A stretch of DNA of 64,000 nt from positions 12,090,001 to 12,154,000 of the forward strand of contig OZ059894.1 of assembly GCA_964057225.1 (NCBI GenBank), given 5' to 3'. Position numbers and translations under genes: made by a program. The notes under the pieces were generated by a model. That model saw nothing but the letters and a program-made list of their open reading frames with translations. It was not told the DNA's origin and did not search any database. The first letter of the stretch is position 1. Every line of letters begins with the position of its first letter. This document shows, one piece after another, positions 62,939 through 64,000 of this stretch. The stretch is from Auanema rhodensis. Taxonomy: Eukaryota; Animalia; Nematoda.

Positions 62939-63080
62939 AATGTCATATTCTTCATTATCAGTTATATCACTCTAAATCTTGTTGTTAATAGATACGACCA
63001 CAAAGAAAACAACAGGAACAGTAACAATAACAAAAAAAATTTTTTTTTCACCTATGTGTCTAAAGGTTAGCCATGTATCC

Positions 63081-63128
<48 letters not shown>

Positions 63129-64000
63129 ACAGTAAAAAGTCCAATCAAGAGAGAAATTTTTTCAACACATAGTTGTTTTTTTTTTAAATATCATTGTTTT
63201 TCCTCATAACTCGGTTTAAACTCGTTCTAACCCGTTGAAATACGTCTAGAAAGTCTTTATAACATGCATATGTATGATAGAACTTCATATTTATTGTAAT
63301 AGAAAATTTTATTTTCAGACGTCTTGGTTAACAATGATATGTTTTACCCCCTTATAATTTTTATCATAATGTTCCTTATACGGAACGCTCAATGAAACTT
63401 GCTTCCAGAAAAATTTCTTTCTATTTTTTCTTCATATGTACGTAGATACTATAGAGAACTATGATAGAAAACTTTAACATTCACGAAATCATCATTTCTC
63501 ATTACGCTACGGAGGTTTAAAAAGCTGTGTTTTACCTTATAATAGACCGGAAAACCCTTGTGTTAAAACTGGACCGTTTTTACACATATAAAAATGTCCC
63601 GTATTCGGGACCCTAATGTAACTTTTGATTCCCTATATTTTTTTTCATGAAATTTACAATCTACTGTAGAAAGAAGAATTATTTTTATAAAAACTGTAAA
63701 TTTTTGAAAAATGAAAACAAAACGAAAACAAAAACAACTTTTTTTTGAACATTTTCTCACACAAGGGTCCCCCCTTACCTACTTTTTTTCTCATTACTCG
63801 TTTCAACCTCATCCGATCACTCTGCAAACATGTTTAATCGTTCTAACTTGTTGAAATACGTCTTAAAAGTCTAAACAACATGCATATGCATAATAGAAAC
63901 CACCCGAATAGGCCCCCACGCACTAAACGAGATATATACATTACCAGTATAGTAATAGAACACATATTGAAGATTAATTCGATAAGAACAATTTATTGAC

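Larger units (their letters stand above)
1..64000. repeat. Tandem array of ~2.47-2.48 kb units (5S-5S-U2, all genes on minus strand), about 20 units, interrupted by retroelements
   Basis: Identical short ORFs recur with a 2471-2485 bp period; units are near-identical apart from (TA)n length and rare SNPs. Confidence 0.98.

Overview
This is eukaryotic DNA, probably from a nematode judging by the U2 and 5S sequences. The whole window is a highly homogeneous tandem array of a ~2.47-2.48 kb unit. Each unit carries, on the minus strand, two 5S rRNA genes (360 bp apart) and one U2 snRNA gene, plus a variable (TA)n tract. I count 20 U2 loci and 37 5S genes. Six of the 20 U2 loci are interrupted at the same site, U2 nt ~38/39, at the 3' end of the branch-point recognition motif GTGTAGTA. 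Four loci carry 'element A', an R2/NeSL-group (Utopia-like) non-LTR retrotransposon with zinc fingers, RT and a restriction-like endonuclease. It occurs as three full-length 1092-aa copies, one 5'-truncated copy with a ~1.24 kb host deletion, and a 166-bp fragment stacked upstream of copy 1. Two loci carry 'element B', a different 742-bp non-autonomous insert. Both elements are preceded by a fixed-length U2 'head' (nt 1-96 for A, nt 1-79 for B) that duplicates and so regenerates the target site. The small truncated A copy shows no such duplication, which suggests the head is carried in the element RNA. B also contains an internal degenerate mini-U2 next to an Sm-like site. A decayed B tail/U2/B head junction is fixed in every array unit. 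The U2 itself has a non-canonical sequence (GTAGTA-ATC-GTTC) right at the target site. The short ORFs repeated in each unit are judged spurious.
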